Source: Coleofasciculus sp. B1-GNL1-01 (GTDB lineage Bacteria > Cyanobacteriota > Cyanobacteriia > Cyanobacteriales > Coleofasciculaceae). From it: 64,000 nt of DNA. Location of the stretch: assembly GCA_040220235.1 (NCBI GenBank), contig JAVJTO010000088.1. One strand, written 5' to 3'. The stretch's first letter is position 1, and every line of letters starts with the position of its first letter. The notes below the pieces were generated by a model that was not told the DNA's origin, ran no database searches, and saw nothing but the letters and a program-made list of their open reading frames with translations. The position numbers were made by a program, and so were the translations under genes. Shown here piece by piece: positions 1 to 11,004 of this stretch.

Positions 1-249
1 TCGACAAGTATTAAAAAAAACGAAATCAAGCCATGGTTAAATGAATCTTGGTGTATTCCTCCCCAAAAAAATTCTGAGTTCGTTTGCTGTATGGAGGAGG
101 TTTTAGATGTTTACACTCGTCCCTATGACTCGGATTACCCCACCGTGCGACTTTCCGGAATTTTTCTGTCGCCCAAATACAGGTAAAAACACTCTCCACT
201 TTGATGTAATGGGGTTGGACATCCGTTGTAGAGGAAGGGAATTTAGGGG

Positions 250-412
250 GTTTGCGATCGCGTTCCGGACTGAGTGCCTTTGGAAGCATCCCATTTTGGT
301 AACAACATCACCGAAAGCAACGGTATTTCAAGAGTTTCAGCCCTCCCCAAAGAGCTAATGTGCAAAATGGGGATGCTCCCGTGCCTTTCCCTTTGTCGGA
401 ACGGTCGTTGAT
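250..412 (+). ncRNA. ssaA: Probable 6S RNA (6Sa)
   Basis: Long irregular hairpin: GCGATCGCGTTCCGGAC pairs with GTCGGAACGGTCGT, and GGAAGCATCCCATTTTG pairs with CAAAATGGGGATGCTCC, separated by a bubble. Size and architecture fit cyanobacterial 6S RNA; no credible ORF. Ends and strand approximate. Confidence 0.55.
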
Positions 413-650
413 TGTTCTTGTTAAGCGGAAAAACCCCAAAATTTAAGGTTTTTTTGTACACCTGACTGTTAGATTTTTTTTCATAAAATAACTTTGAGAG
501 AACTTAAGTTTTGGGGTTCACTCTTAATTAGGATACCCAGATGGGGTCAACTTGTCAAAGCTGACTGGACAGCTTACTATATATGTCCAGCCTTCTGAAT
601 TGTTAAGAAAGATGTGAGTAATGCATAGCTTGCTAAGGGGGGAAATCTGA

Positions 651-936
651 AGGGGTGACAAGCAGTCTTACACCCTTGAAAATGAGGCTTTGAGCGATAT
701 TGATATCTCTAAAGATGAAGTCTTATTGACATGCTTATTGACAGATGAAGACCACCGGATGAGGTATGGGATTAGCGAAGCGTTGCGCAGGGGGTATGGG
801 GGAGGCGCTCGTCCCCCATTGGGGGGTCTGGGGGGCTAGTCCCCCAGAAAAAACTGCTATCTTTGACCCTATCTGTGACAAGAAGAAATGGGCTAAAAGC
901 AGTATGGCTTAACACTTCAGCTAGCTTGTCACCCCG
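651..936. mobile_element. MITE with GGGGTGACAAGC terminal inverted repeats
   Basis: GGGGTGACAAGC (652-663) and GCTTGTCACCCC (924-935); flanking TGA direct repeat at 648-650 and 937-939. Confidence 0.6.
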
Positions 937-939
937 TGA

Positions 940-1048
940 GGGGGGAAATATTTCCTCCCGGTTCCCTCCCCTTGATAAGGGGAGGGTTAGGGTGGGGTCA
1001 AATCAAGGAAGGTATTGCTTTCTTTTTTAGCTTGAGTTGACACCAATA
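940..1048. repeat. Partial copy of the MITE family seen at 17978-18168
   Basis: CCCTCCCCTTGATAAGGGGAGGGTTAGGGTGGGG and the AGTTGACACCAAT end match the 17978-18168 element. Confidence 0.55.
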
Positions 1049-1131
1049 CACGTCAGTGCGCCCCTACGATGAATGGTGCAAGATGTAACGTTGATGCACT
1101 AAAGTGCTTACTACGAACCAGGGAAACATTA

Positions 1132-2172
1132 ATGTCTAAATCTCAATCAACTCCAATCTGTCGCACCACCCAGCCCAGTGCTGAATTTTACTCGATTTTC
1201 TCAGATGTTGAAATCTTAGATATCATTCAAACCTTAGCCACCCGACGGGAAATTAGCCTCAAATATTCCTACAAAGGTCAAGGCGCAAACATCTGGGATA
1301 AATTTTATCTCAACTATCTACGTCCGCGCTGGTATCGACCCGTTAATCGGGAAATTGCCCTGTTAAATGATACTTTTGAAATCATCACCCGCAAAATTCC
1401 AGCCGTCAACACCGTTCATATCATCGATGTCGGCGCTGGCAATTCCTATCCCGTCAAACAGTTTATCCGTCGGCTGCATCGCTTAGGTAAAATCACTCGA
1501 TATATCGCCTTAGACATTAGCGACGACTTACTCAAACTATCCCGGCAAAACATCAAAAAATGGTTTCCTCATATCGACTTTATCAGCGACACAATTGACA
1601 TCGAAAAACATTCACTATCCCAAACCTTATTAAACCATCAGGTTAACCTAAAACCTAACGACACCGCCCAAATCATATTACACTTAGGTGTAACCATGGG
1701 TAATCATCACAATAGAACCGCCGTCCTGCAAAATTTTAGGGATAGCATGGGAAAGCAGGATGTCCTCGTCTTCACCAACGAAATTGGTTCTAACTCTCAA
1801 TGGGATGGAACAGTAAGAGGAGGATTAAAGTTTCATGTGGATCAAATCTATGCTTGGGTGAAAAATGCGCTGGGGATTCAAGCTGAGGATTGTGAACTGG
1901 TGCGAAAGTATGATCACAAAACTGATAGTATTGTGGCGACGATGAAATTTCGTCAGAACTATCGGATAAATTTTAGGTTAATGGGAGAGGATAAATGTCT
2001 AGAAATTGCTGAAGATGAAGAGATTACAATTTGGAGACAGCATAAGTTTGAAATCCCTGAACTGGTGCGAGAAATAGAACAGGCTGGACTCCAACTTATC
2101 CACGACAAAACTGACAAATATTCATCGAATATTATGGTAATTTGTGAGATTGATGAGCTGTCATGCCTTTAA
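1132..2172 (+). CDS. L-histidine N-alpha-methyltransferase-like (EgtD / Methyltransf_33) SAM methyltransferase
   Basis: REISLKYSY, IIDVGAGNSY, YIALDIS, LGVTMGN and EEITIWRQHKF motifs; ATG at 1132 preferred over 1069, which lies next to repeat DNA. Confidence 0.75.
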   Translation: MSKSQSTPICRTTQPSAEFYSIFSDVEILDIIQTLATRREISLKYSYKGQGANIWDKFYLNYLRPRWYRPVNREIALLNDTFEIITRKIPAVNTVHIIDVGAGNSYPVKQFIRRLHRLGKITRYIALDISDDLLKLSRQNIKKWFPHIDFISDTIDIEKHSLSQTLLNHQVNLKPNDTAQIILHLGVTMGNHHNRTAVLQNFRDSMGKQDVLVFTNEIGSNSQWDGTVRGGLKFHVDQIYAWVKNALGIQAEDCELVRKYDHKTDSIVATMKFRQNYRINFRLMGEDKCLEIAEDEEITIWRQHKFEIPELVREIEQAGLQLIHDKTDKYSSNIMVICEIDELSCL

Positions 2173-2479
2173 ATTGGGTATTATAGCGCTACGCGCTAGG
2201 CAATGGGCAATAGGCAACACCTCGGCTTACCTCGGCTTACCTCGGCTTCGCTCGGTGTTGAGCGATTTAAATTTTTCTTCTTTTGTCCTAACCTTAGAGC
2301 AAGATGTTCACACTACGTCCTGGCGATTCATCTGGTCGGTCAATCAGAGATTCGACGGCTTGACTGAGCGCTCGCCGAACGTCCGTGAGGCTTGGAGCCG
2401 ATAAGCTGATAATATTTATACTGACATCCTACCCGCGCCAGAAAAGGCGAACGGATGGTGCGCCGTTTCCCTAATCATC

Positions 2480-4627
2480 ATGGCTAAGAAATCGAAGACA
2501 ACGACCGAGGTTAGTCTGAGAGACCCTAAATACTACTTCAACCGGGAACTCAGTTGGTTGGAATTTAACGATCGCGTCTTGCATGAAGCCCTCGATTCCC
2601 GAACCCCACTGCTGGAACGCTTGAAGTTTCTGGCAATCTTTAGTTCAAACCTGGATGAATTCTTTATGGTTCGGGTGGCGGGTTTGAAGCAGCAGGTGGA
2701 AGCAGGGGTGACCTCCCTAACTGCTGATGGCCGCACACCTGGCGATCAATTGGATGGGATTAATCAGCGGTTACTCCCCATGGTCAAGGAACAACATGAA
2801 CATTTTGAACAAATCCTGCGACCATTATTGGCAAAACAGGGGATCTACCTGCTGGAGTACATGGATTTGAACTCCGAACAGCGGACTTATTTGCAAAACT
2901 ACTTTGAGGAGCAAATTTTTCCGGTTCTGACGCCGCTAGCGGTTGATCCTAGCCACCCGTTCCCCTATATTTCCAACCTGAGCCTGAATCTAGCGGTGGT
3001 GGTGAAAGATCCTGAGCAGGGCGAGGAATTTTTTGCCCGGGTGAAAGTTCCTAAAGTCTTACCTCGCTTTGTCACCCTTCCCGAACCGTTACGAGAGCGG
3101 CAAAAGGGAAAACCTGCTCTTTGGATGGGCGTTCCCTTAGAACAGGTGATTGCCCATAATTTAGAATTTCTGTTTCCAGGGATGAATATCCAAGAATATC
3201 ATCCGTTTCGGATTACTCGTAATGCTGACTTAGCCGTCGAGGAAGATGAAGCCGATGATCTCCTCTTGGCAATTGAAGAAGGATTGCGAAAGCGACGCCT
3301 AGGGGGTTCTGCCGTCCGCATGGAAATTCACGCGACTGTACCCGAAAACTTGCGGGAAACGCTGATGCGGGAGATGGGACTCCAGGACAGTGATGTTTAC
3401 GAAATAGACGGTTTATTGGGACTAGGGGACTTGATGTCGTTTATGGGATTACCCCTACCGGAACTCAAAGACACATCCTGGACACCCGTCATGCCCGTCG
3501 AGTTGCGATCGCTCTCTGGGGAGGAAGATGGCGAGGACTTCTTTAGCATTATTCGTAAACGGGATTTATTTGTCCACCATCCCTACCATTCCTTTAGCGG
3601 TACCGTGCAGCGATTTATTACCCAGGCGGCGGATGACCCGGATGTACTGGCGATTAAAATGACACTCTATCGCACCTCTGGCGATTCCCCAATTGTCAAT
3701 GCTTTGATTAAAGCGGCTGAAAATGGCAAACAGGTCGCCGTTTTGGTGGAATTGAAAGCCCGTTTTGATGAAGAGAATAATATTCTCTGGGCGCGTAAGT
3801 TAGAACAAGCTGGGGTTCATGTCGTTTATGGGATTATTAAGTTAAAAACCCATACCAAAATCGTACTGGTGGTGCGTCAAGAAGAGAAGCAGATTCGCCG
3901 CTATGTTCACATTGGCACGGGAAACTATAACCCGAAAACAGCCCGAATTTACACGGATTTAGGACTTCTAAGCTGTCGTGAGGATTTAGGGGCAGATTTA
4001 ACCGATTTATTTAATTTTCTGACGGGATACTCTCGCCAGCGCTCCTATCGCAAGTTATTAGTCGCTCCCGTGAATTTACGCGATCGCATGACGACGATGA
4101 TTCGGCGGGAAATCGAGCATTGTCGCCAGGGAAACACAGGGCGCATTGTTGCCAAAATGAATTCTTTAGTCGATCCTAAGATTATCGCGACTCTCTATGA
4201 AGCCTCCCAAGCGGGCGTACAAATTGATTTAATTGTCCGGGGAATTTGCTGTTTGCGTCCTGGTGTCGTAGGCGTTAGCGATAATATTCGCGTAATTAGT
4301 ATTGTCGGTCGCTTTTTAGAACATTCGCGGATTTATTATTTCTATAATCAGGGTGATGAAGAAGTGTATATTGGTAGCGCTGACTGGATGCGTCGCAACT
4401 TAGATCGACGAGTTGAGGCGATTACACCGATAGAAGATCCAGAAATTATCAAAGATTTGCAAGAAATCCTAGCCATTATGATGGCAGATAATCGCCAAGC
4501 CTGGGAATTACAACCGGATGGGCGTTATATCCAACGTCAACCAGAGGATGCGAAAGAGCAATGCGCTCAAAAGATTTTCATGGAGATGGCGAAGGACTCA
4601 GCAAAGGAGGCGGCGGGAATGGCATAG
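2480..4627 (+). CDS. ppk: Polyphosphate kinase 1
   Basis: YFNRELSWLEFN, SSNLDEFFMVRVAG, KTHTK, GSADWMRRNLDRRVE motifs. Confidence 0.98.
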   Translation: MAKKSKTTTEVSLRDPKYYFNRELSWLEFNDRVLHEALDSRTPLLERLKFLAIFSSNLDEFFMVRVAGLKQQVEAGVTSLTADGRTPGDQLDGINQRLLPMVKEQHEHFEQILRPLLAKQGIYLLEYMDLNSEQRTYLQNYFEEQIFPVLTPLAVDPSHPFPYISNLSLNLAVVVKDPEQGEEFFARVKVPKVLPRFVTLPEPLRERQKGKPALWMGVPLEQVIAHNLEFLFPGMNIQEYHPFRITRNADLAVEEDEADDLLLAIEEGLRKRRLGGSAVRMEIHATVPENLRETLMREMGLQDSDVYEIDGLLGLGDLMSFMGLPLPELKDTSWTPVMPVELRSLSGEEDGEDFFSIIRKRDLFVHHPYHSFSGTVQRFITQAADDPDVLAIKMTLYRTSGDSPIVNALIKAAENGKQVAVLVELKARFDEENNILWARKLEQAGVHVVYGIIKLKTHTKIVLVVRQEEKQIRRYVHIGTGNYNPKTARIYTDLGLLSCREDLGADLTDLFNFLTGYSRQRSYRKLLVAPVNLRDRMTTMIRREIEHCRQGNTGRIVAKMNSLVDPKIIATLYEASQAGVQIDLIVRGICCLRPGVVGVSDNIRVISIVGRFLEHSRIYYFYNQGDEEVYIGSADWMRRNLDRRVEAITPIEDPEIIKDLQEILAIMMADNRQAWELQPDGRYIQRQPEDAKEQCAQKIFMEMAKDSAKEAAGMA

Positions 4628-4663
4628 TTAGGGGCTGCGGAATAAGTCTTGTGGTGGGGTTAG

Positions 4664-4831
4664 AGAGCAGGGGGAGCAGGGGGAGCTGGGGGAGCAGGGG
4701 GAGCAGGGGAAGCAGAGGGAGCTGGGGGAGCAGGGGAAGCAGAGGGAGCTGGGGGAGCAGAGGGAGCTGGGGGAGCAGGGGGAGCAGGGGAAGCAGGGGG
4801 AGCAGGGGAAGCAGGGGGAGCAGGGGAAGCA
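4664..4831. repeat. 9-bp tandem repeat (GGGAGCAGG/GGAAGCAGG variants)
   Basis: About 18 imperfect units directly visible. Confidence 0.9.
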
Positions 4832-4982
4832 ATGGTACATTTTCGGTGATTATTCTATCGCCATAGTTTTGATAGATATAGCACTACGAGGTACGGAAAG
4901 GACATCAGTTGATTCCAAGAGGGAACAGGGAACAGGGAACAGTACAGAATGTCCTAACCTGTTTTGGTACTGCTATAAGCAG

Positions 4983-5050
4983 CATCTTCCCCATCTTCCC
5001 CATCTTCCCCATCTTCCCCATCTTTCCCATCTCTCCCATCTCCCCCATCT
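4983..5050. repeat. 9-bp tandem repeat (CATCTTCCC)
   Basis: About 7 units directly visible. Confidence 0.85.
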
Positions 5051-5067
5051 CCTCCTCACCTCAATCC

Positions 5068-6372
5068 TTATTTCCAGTCGGCGATCGCAGGCAGTAAAAT
5101 TCTGCTCAGAGGATGCTCAATGTACTCTTGCAGTCTGGTAATTCCGGCGCTTTGTACCGCTTCTATCACCCTGGATTTTAGCGGACGATTACTCTCAATC
5201 TGTTTAATCGCGGCGGCGACAGCAATTACTTTTTCTAATGGTGTATTTGTTGGGCAAGTTTGGCTCAATTCCTGTAAAAGTTGCTGAATTTCTGCGGCGA
5301 CTTCTGACCATTTAGGTTGGGAAAGATTCTGATCCAGTTGTTCTAAAATTCGGTGAACTTCCGATACCGCCTGTTGTAGATTCGGTGGGATAGTCGGGCT
5401 GTCACTTAGGGAAGAAGACGGGGGACTTAAGTCTGTTCCCTGAGAAACACTAGGCGTTACGGTATCATAAACGGGCGGTTGAATGTCTACTTTAATCGGC
5501 GGTGCGCCAGTCGTTGCGGTGTAATTGACAGGCGGTTGGTGGGGCTGTTGGATTTCAACTTTTACCTCGGGTGTACTAGCGGATCTATTCGGGTTTGGGG
5601 TTGGAGAAGCTTGAACTGGAGCAACATCTGGACTAACTTTGACTTGAACAGTGTTAAGATGCTGACGCCATAACTGAGTAAACTCTCCCGGAGCAAAACT
5701 TCCCTGATTGGGATGGCGTTGTTGTTGACCCGTTTGCAAGTAAATATAATCACAAATTACTTCGTCCAAGTTGGTAGCACTGTTGATTTGCCAGTCCTGC
5801 AAACAGGTTCCCGTTAAGATAGCTTTGTTAAAGTTTGCCGATAAGACTTGGGTTTTTTCTAAATTGGCTTCACTGAGATTTGCCATCCGCAGATTCGCTT
5901 CACTCAAATTTGCCACTTGCAGATTGGCTTCACTCAAATTAGCACCACTAAGGTTAGCCATCCGCAGATTGGCTTCACTTAAATTTGCCCCACTGAGGTT
6001 AGCAATTCTCAGATTCGCTTCACTCAGGTTAACCGCCGTAAGATTAGCATCAATAAAGTTGACTAAGGTTAAATAAGCTCCGTTTAAATCCGTACCCGTC
6101 AGGTTAGCTAGATTTAGGTTAACCCCTCTCAGGTTAGCCCCCCGGAGATCGGCGCTGCTGAGATCCGCACCCTGGAGATTCGCATCACTGAGATTTGCCA
6201 TCCTCAAATCAGCGTTCTGAAGGTTCACCCCACTCAAGTTTGCTTCATTGAGATTAGCTCTACTTAGCTGTGACTGACTCAAATCGGGTACGAGTTGAGG
6301 ATTCTCTTCCCGCCACTGATTCCAGGTTTCTACGCCTTGTTTAAGCAAAGCCGCATGTTCTTCATTTGCCAT
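5068..6372 (-). CDS. Pentapeptide repeat protein with Pro-rich linker and helical C-terminal domain
   Basis: MANEEHAALLKQGVETWNQWR start followed by many A(N/D)LxxA repeats. Confidence 0.92.
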   Translation of the reverse strand: MANEEHAALLKQGVETWNQWREENPQLVPDLSQSQLSRANLNEANLSGVNLQNADLRMANLSDANLQGADLSSADLRGANLRGVNLNLANLTGTDLNGAYLTLVNFIDANLTAVNLSEANLRIANLSGANLSEANLRMANLSGANLSEANLQVANLSEANLRMANLSEANLEKTQVLSANFNKAILTGTCLQDWQINSATNLDEVICDYIYLQTGQQQRHPNQGSFAPGEFTQLWRQHLNTVQVKVSPDVAPVQASPTPNPNRSASTPEVKVEIQQPHQPPVNYTATTGAPPIKVDIQPPVYDTVTPSVSQGTDLSPPSSSLSDSPTIPPNLQQAVSEVHRILEQLDQNLSQPKWSEVAAEIQQLLQELSQTCPTNTPLEKVIAVAAAIKQIESNRPLKSRVIEAVQSAGITRLQEYIEHPLSRILLPAIADWK

Positions 6373-6599
6373 TGACTGCTAACCTCTTCAGTTGCCCTTT
6401 TGTCGCAGCTTAGCTCAAGAAAACAGTAACCTACAAGATCCCTCGCCCTGCTCCTCTATTCCTGCATGTCCAAAAAGCTTCACCCTTAGGGGAAGCCTCG
6501 GTTTGCACCATGGTATGAAGCCTGAATTGAGGATACAACATCCAACAAAACCAATTTGAGTATAGCCTTCTGTCCTCTACCTTCTGTCCTCTGCCTTCT

Positions 6600-6630
6600 A
6601 AAAAAAAGAGAGGTAATCAAACCTCTCCTT
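6600..6630 (-). terminator. Rho-independent terminator of rbcLXS
   Basis: Minus strand GAGAGGT-loop-ACCTCTC followed by a T run, ~30 nt after the rbcS stop. Confidence 0.7.
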
Positions 6631-6661
6631 CCTATCTCAGCAGATTTTAAGCTTTTGCGAC

Positions 6662-7012
6662 TTAGTAGTAACCTCGGCTACGACCACCTTCACCGGGCTT
6701 ATAGATAATAAAGCTCAAAACTTGGCACTGCTTAATATTATCAAAACCCACAACCCGGATAAAATTGTCGCGATAGTCAGAGCGACAAGCATCTACCTCA
6801 GCCATAACTTCTTTAGGCGAAGTGGCGTTGAACAGGGGAAGCTTCCACATTGTCCAGTAGTGCTGTTCGGGTTCCGAACTTTCGCTAAATTCGATCGCGG
6901 GAATAAAGCCCTGATCCAAAATGTATTCAATTTGGCGGACAATTTGCTGATCGCTCAGAGGCGGCAAATAGGACAAAGTTTCGTAACGACGCTCTTTCGG
7001 TAACGTTTGCAT
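6662..7012 (-). CDS. rbcS: RuBisCO small subunit
   Basis: [29 protein letters not shown]; true start at 7012, not 7090. Confidence 0.98.
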   Translation of the reverse strand: MQTLPKERRYETLSYLPPLSDQQIVRQIEYILDQGFIPAIEFSESSEPEQHYWTMWKLPLFNATSPKEVMAEVDACRSDYRDNFIRVVGFDNIKQCQVLSFIIYKPGEGGRSRGYY

Positions 7013-7090
7013 GGGGTTTTTCTGTAATGGTTGTGTTTTTGAAGTCCGGGTATGCCAGCAGGTGACAAGAGTACCCGGTTGAATTGCCAA

Positions 7091-7477
7091 CTAGGTGTCC
7101 GAATCAGCTTGCTGTTCGGGTGAGGCTGGGTCAGATATACTGAGTTGCGTCATTCGCTCCAGATACTGACGTCGATATTCCATATTCGACTGCTGAATGT
7201 TACTCCGAACCATTTCTGGTAAGAAGTCTGCTACTTCTTCAGCTAGAAGCTGTCGCACAGTCATAATCCGAAACGCCAGTTCTTGTTTTTCCACCAAGAG
7301 TGCTTGGAGATAGGCATCTCCATCTTGAACGCCTTGGTTTGCCGAAAAAGAATGCAGCCACAGCGCCTGGGGGGGGTCAGTTTCACCCAATTGATCCAGA
7401 ACAATCCGTAGTGCTTGGTATGTCATGTAATTGGTAAGCACTTTGGCTGTATCTTTGGCAACTCGTTTTAGATCCAT
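7091..7477 (-). CDS. rbcX: RuBisCO assembly chaperone RbcX
   Basis: MDLKRVAKDTAKVLTNYMTYQA; located between rbcL and rbcS. Confidence 0.97.
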   Translation of the reverse strand: MDLKRVAKDTAKVLTNYMTYQALRIVLDQLGETDPPQALWLHSFSANQGVQDGDAYLQALLVEKQELAFRIMTVRQLLAEEVADFLPEMVRSNIQQSNMEYRRQYLERMTQLSISDPASPEQQADSDT

Positions 7478-7562
7478 AGTCTGATCCCAGCCTTCTAACA
7501 GTATGAAGTATCAATGATGAAGTATGAAGTTTTACACTTCATACTTCGCACTTCATCCCGTC

Positions 7563-8993
7563 TTAGACGGTATCAACAGCTTCATACTCGAACTTGATTT
7601 CCTTCCAAAGTTCGCAAGCCGCCGCTAATTCAGGACTCCATTTAGCGGCTTCGCGGATAACGTCGCCACCTTCACGCATCAGGTTGCGTCCTTCATTACG
7701 GGCTTGAATGCAGGCTTCTAATGCCACACGGTTAGCCGTTGCACCGGGAGCATTGCCCCAGGGGTGACCCAGGGTACCACCACCGAATTGCAGGCAGGAA
7801 TCATCACCAAAGATTTCTACCAGTGCAGGCATGTGCCAAACGTGGATACCACCAGATGCCACAGGCATTACACCGGGCATGGATGCCCAGTCTTGGGTGA
7901 AGTAAATACCGCGTTCGCGATCGCGCTCGATATGATCTTCCCGCATTAGGTCAACAAAACCCATGGTGATGCCTTTTTCACCTTCGAGCTTACCAACCAC
8001 AGTACCAGAGTGGAGGTGGTCACCACCAGACAACCGCAAGCACTTCGCCAGCACCCGGAAGTGGATACCGTGAACCTTCTGACGGTCAATTACGGCGTGC
8101 ATCGCCCGGTGGATGTGCAGGAGCAGACCGTTGCTACGGCACCATTTTGCCAAGGTGGTGTTAGCGGTGAAGCCACCTGTCAGGTAATCATGCATGACGA
8201 TCGGCGTACCCAGTTCTTTAGCGAACTCAGCCCGCTCCATCATTTGTTCACAGGTGGGGGCGGTAACATTCAGGTAGTGACCTTTAACTTCACCGGTTTC
8301 GGCTTGGGCTTTTTCAATTGCCTCTTGCACAAACAGGAAGCGATCGCGCCAGCGCATGAAGGGCTGGGAGTTGATGTTTTCGTCGTCTTTGGTGAAGTCT
8401 AGACCGCCGCGCAGACACTCATAAACGGCACGACCATAGTTCTTCGCCGATAGACCCAACTTGGGCTTAATCGTGCAACCCAACAAAGGACGCCCGTACT
8501 TGTTCAACTTATCGCGCTCAACCACGATACCGTGAGGCGGTCCCTGGAACGTCTTCAGATAAGCGACGGGAACCCGCAAATCTTCTAGACGCAGGGCTTT
8601 GAGAGCTTTAAATCCAAACACGTTCCCCACGATGGAGGTCAGCATGTTGGTAACCGAACCCTCTTCAAACAGATCCAAGGGGTAGGCAACGTAGCAGATA
8701 TACTGATTATCTTCGCCACGGACTGGCTCAACTTCATAGCAACGACCTTTGTAGCGATCGAGGTCAGTTAACAAGTCTGTCCAAACCGTTGTCCATGTCC
8801 CGGTGGAAGACTCTGCTGCTACTGCCGCACCCGCTTCTTCCGGGGGAACTCCCGGCTGCGGAGTCATGCGGAAAGCTGCCAGAATATCTGTATCTTTAGG
8901 AGTGTAATCCGGAGTGTAATACGTTAATTTATAATCCTTGACCCCGGCATCATACCCAGCTTTTGACTGAGTTTTTGTTTTAGCGTAAGACAT
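7563..8993 (-). CDS. rbcL: RuBisCO large subunit (form IB)
   Basis: [17 protein letters not shown] and overall RbcL sequence. Confidence 0.99.
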   Translation of the reverse strand: MSYAKTKTQSKAGYDAGVKDYKLTYYTPDYTPKDTDILAAFRMTPQPGVPPEEAGAAVAAESSTGTWTTVWTDLLTDLDRYKGRCYEVEPVRGEDNQYICYVAYPLDLFEEGSVTNMLTSIVGNVFGFKALKALRLEDLRVPVAYLKTFQGPPHGIVVERDKLNKYGRPLLGCTIKPKLGLSAKNYGRAVYECLRGGLDFTKDDENINSQPFMRWRDRFLFVQEAIEKAQAETGEVKGHYLNVTAPTCEQMMERAEFAKELGTPIVMHDYLTGGFTANTTLAKWCRSNGLLLHIHRAMHAVIDRQKVHGIHFRVLAKCLRLSGGDHLHSGTVVGKLEGEKGITMGFVDLMREDHIERDRERGIYFTQDWASMPGVMPVASGGIHVWHMPALVEIFGDDSCLQFGGGTLGHPWGNAPGATANRVALEACIQARNEGRNLMREGGDVIREAAKWSPELAAACELWKEIKFEYEAVDTV

Positions 8994-9635
8994 GTTTTCC
9001 TTCCTTAGGAACTACTGAATGTTGCGACAGGCTAAATTCATAAACATCATTAACGATTTTACGCCCTTAGTTAAGCACTAAAATCTCTAAAATGACGCTT
9101 AAAATTAGCCCTGATTGGGTGCATCCCCACACCCAACCTGCTCGTGTTGGTTTTTGGTGTCTGAATTACCTATTATCCGCCATATTGGGTCAAAAAACTT
9201 GACTAAGCCAAGACATTTTTTTATTGAGCGGATTGGGCAAGAGCTATCATCCCACAACACCAAACAAACAATTGCTTGATGGGGGTTCTCTTCCCTTATG
9301 GCTTTAGCTAATCCGGCAATTCATTTCACGCCAAGTTAAACAATCATAGCGTGTTGATGAAGCAGCATGTCATCATGCAGCTCCTTGCCAGACCCGTTAA
9401 ATTTTCAGCAACGTAGCTAATATACCAAAGAATTCAATAAGTTTAACTTCAAATATTCTTGAGAATTGTATAAGGTACTGTTATAAATCAACGAAATGTA
9501 AAAATATATTAATTTTTTGTTACAAATAAACCTATTTGGGACATTTTAAGGTAAAGATTCTATAGTCTAGGCTGTACCATCACTCTTTAATATAGATATA
9601 GATCTCGAAAAACTATCCAAATCGTCTCAGACACC

Positions 9636-10763
9636 ATGGCGTCTTTGAATGCCCCGATTCGTCTTTTCATCGGTGCTACCCTGCTAGGGTGGGGGTTGGC
9701 CCCGACCCGGCTCATCTCTCCTGTCGGGATGGGAACCGATCCGACCCTAGTGCTAGCCCAAGAGACCCTAGCTCAAACCGAACTAGGGACAGCCCCCGAC
9801 TATCGAGGTGCGCCTCCTCCCCCTGGCGGCGAACCGTTACCTCCTGAACGCTTGCGACGAGAAGTCGAACCCCTACCCACAGATTTTCGCGTCCCCGCTT
9901 TGCAACCGGACTATACAGGTGATCTCTGGGTGGGAACCTACTCAGGATTATCCCGAGTTGACCCGAACACCGGACGCTTGAAAGCCCGCGTTGATTTACC
10001 CAACTACACCATCGACGCCTTAGCCCAAGACCGGGTGGGACGAATTTGGCTGGGAACGTATGAAGGATTGTTACGAGTTGATCCTCGGAGTAACGAAGTT
10101 ACTGCACAAAACTTTACATTACCCTCGAATCGGGTCTTATCCTTACAAGTTGATCGGCGCGGGTATCTCTGGGTAGGAAGCGATCGCGGTTTGGCATTGA
10201 TTAGTCCCGACAAAGGATTATTAATGACCACAGTGCAAGAACTTCCCGGCGTTAGCGCCAATGCGTTGACATTAGATGAAGACGGTCAACTGTGGGTGGG
10301 TACATTAGAAGGATTAGTGCAAATCGATACCGCCAGCGCCTTTATCATTCGGCGGATTGGTAATCTACCCGGAACCATTGTCCAATCCCTAACCACCGGA
10401 CCCGATGGTAAGCTGTGGGTGGGAACTCCTAGTAGTTTGTTGGTGATTGACCCCAATAATCCCTTCGCTGAACCGCGTTCAGTGACACCATTACGGGGAC
10501 GTAGTGTAACGGCGGTGCGCTTTGCTCTAGATGGTAGTGTTTGGGTAGGTACGGAACGTAGCTTATTAAAAATCCGAGCGGAAACGGGAGCGGTGTTGGG
10601 TGAACTGTCGAATCTTCCCTCAGACTATATTCTTTCCTTGGCTCCAGATGTGGGAAATAAATTATGGGTGGGAACGACGGAGGGATTAGCCTGGGTTAGC
10701 CTATCCACGGGTCAAGTTAGACCTCATTTAGCGTTTGTGAAGAATCCGCCAGAGACGTTTTAA
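9636..10763 (+). CDS. Secreted beta-propeller protein (Reg_prop-type repeats)
   Basis: Signal-like N-terminus; repeated DxxGxLWVGTxxGL motifs. Confidence 0.85.
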   Translation: MASLNAPIRLFIGATLLGWGLAPTRLISPVGMGTDPTLVLAQETLAQTELGTAPDYRGAPPPPGGEPLPPERLRREVEPLPTDFRVPALQPDYTGDLWVGTYSGLSRVDPNTGRLKARVDLPNYTIDALAQDRVGRIWLGTYEGLLRVDPRSNEVTAQNFTLPSNRVLSLQVDRRGYLWVGSDRGLALISPDKGLLMTTVQELPGVSANALTLDEDGQLWVGTLEGLVQIDTASAFIIRRIGNLPGTIVQSLTTGPDGKLWVGTPSSLLVIDPNNPFAEPRSVTPLRGRSVTAVRFALDGSVWVGTERSLLKIRAETGAVLGELSNLPSDYILSLAPDVGNKLWVGTTEGLAWVSLSTGQVRPHLAFVKNPPETF

Positions 10764-11004
10764 GTATTGGTCATTGGTCATTTGTCATTCGTCAGAGTGG
10801 GTTTAGTCACATCCGGGTGGCACAAAATGTTAGTCGTCAAACCCACCCCTACACATCGGTCAGGGCGGGTTTTGTAGAAACGTTGACAAAAACAATTAAG
10901 ATGAATTCCTAAACCCGCCCCTACAAACTATGTCCGACAAGCGAAGCGAAGGTCTTCCCTAATTACCCTGTCATTAATCCCTAATCACCAATCACCCATC
11001 CCCA

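Noticed and set aside
26..461. Short overlapping ORFs at the window start
   Set aside because: No protein motifs; they overlap the structured RNA.
4561..5141. Repetitive peptide ORFs (PLLPLL, PCSPCF, GSRGSW), possible RiPP precursors
   Set aside because: They are translations of 9-bp intergenic tandem repeats that are open in several frames; no leader peptide or modifying enzymes.
7013..7090. N-terminal extension of RbcS in the ORF track
   Set aside because: The canonical [11 protein letters not shown] start is at 7012.
9420..9530. NtcA or LysR (CmpR-type) site upstream of rbcL
   Set aside because: AT-rich and promoter-like, but I found no clean GTA-N8-TAC or unambiguous LysR box.
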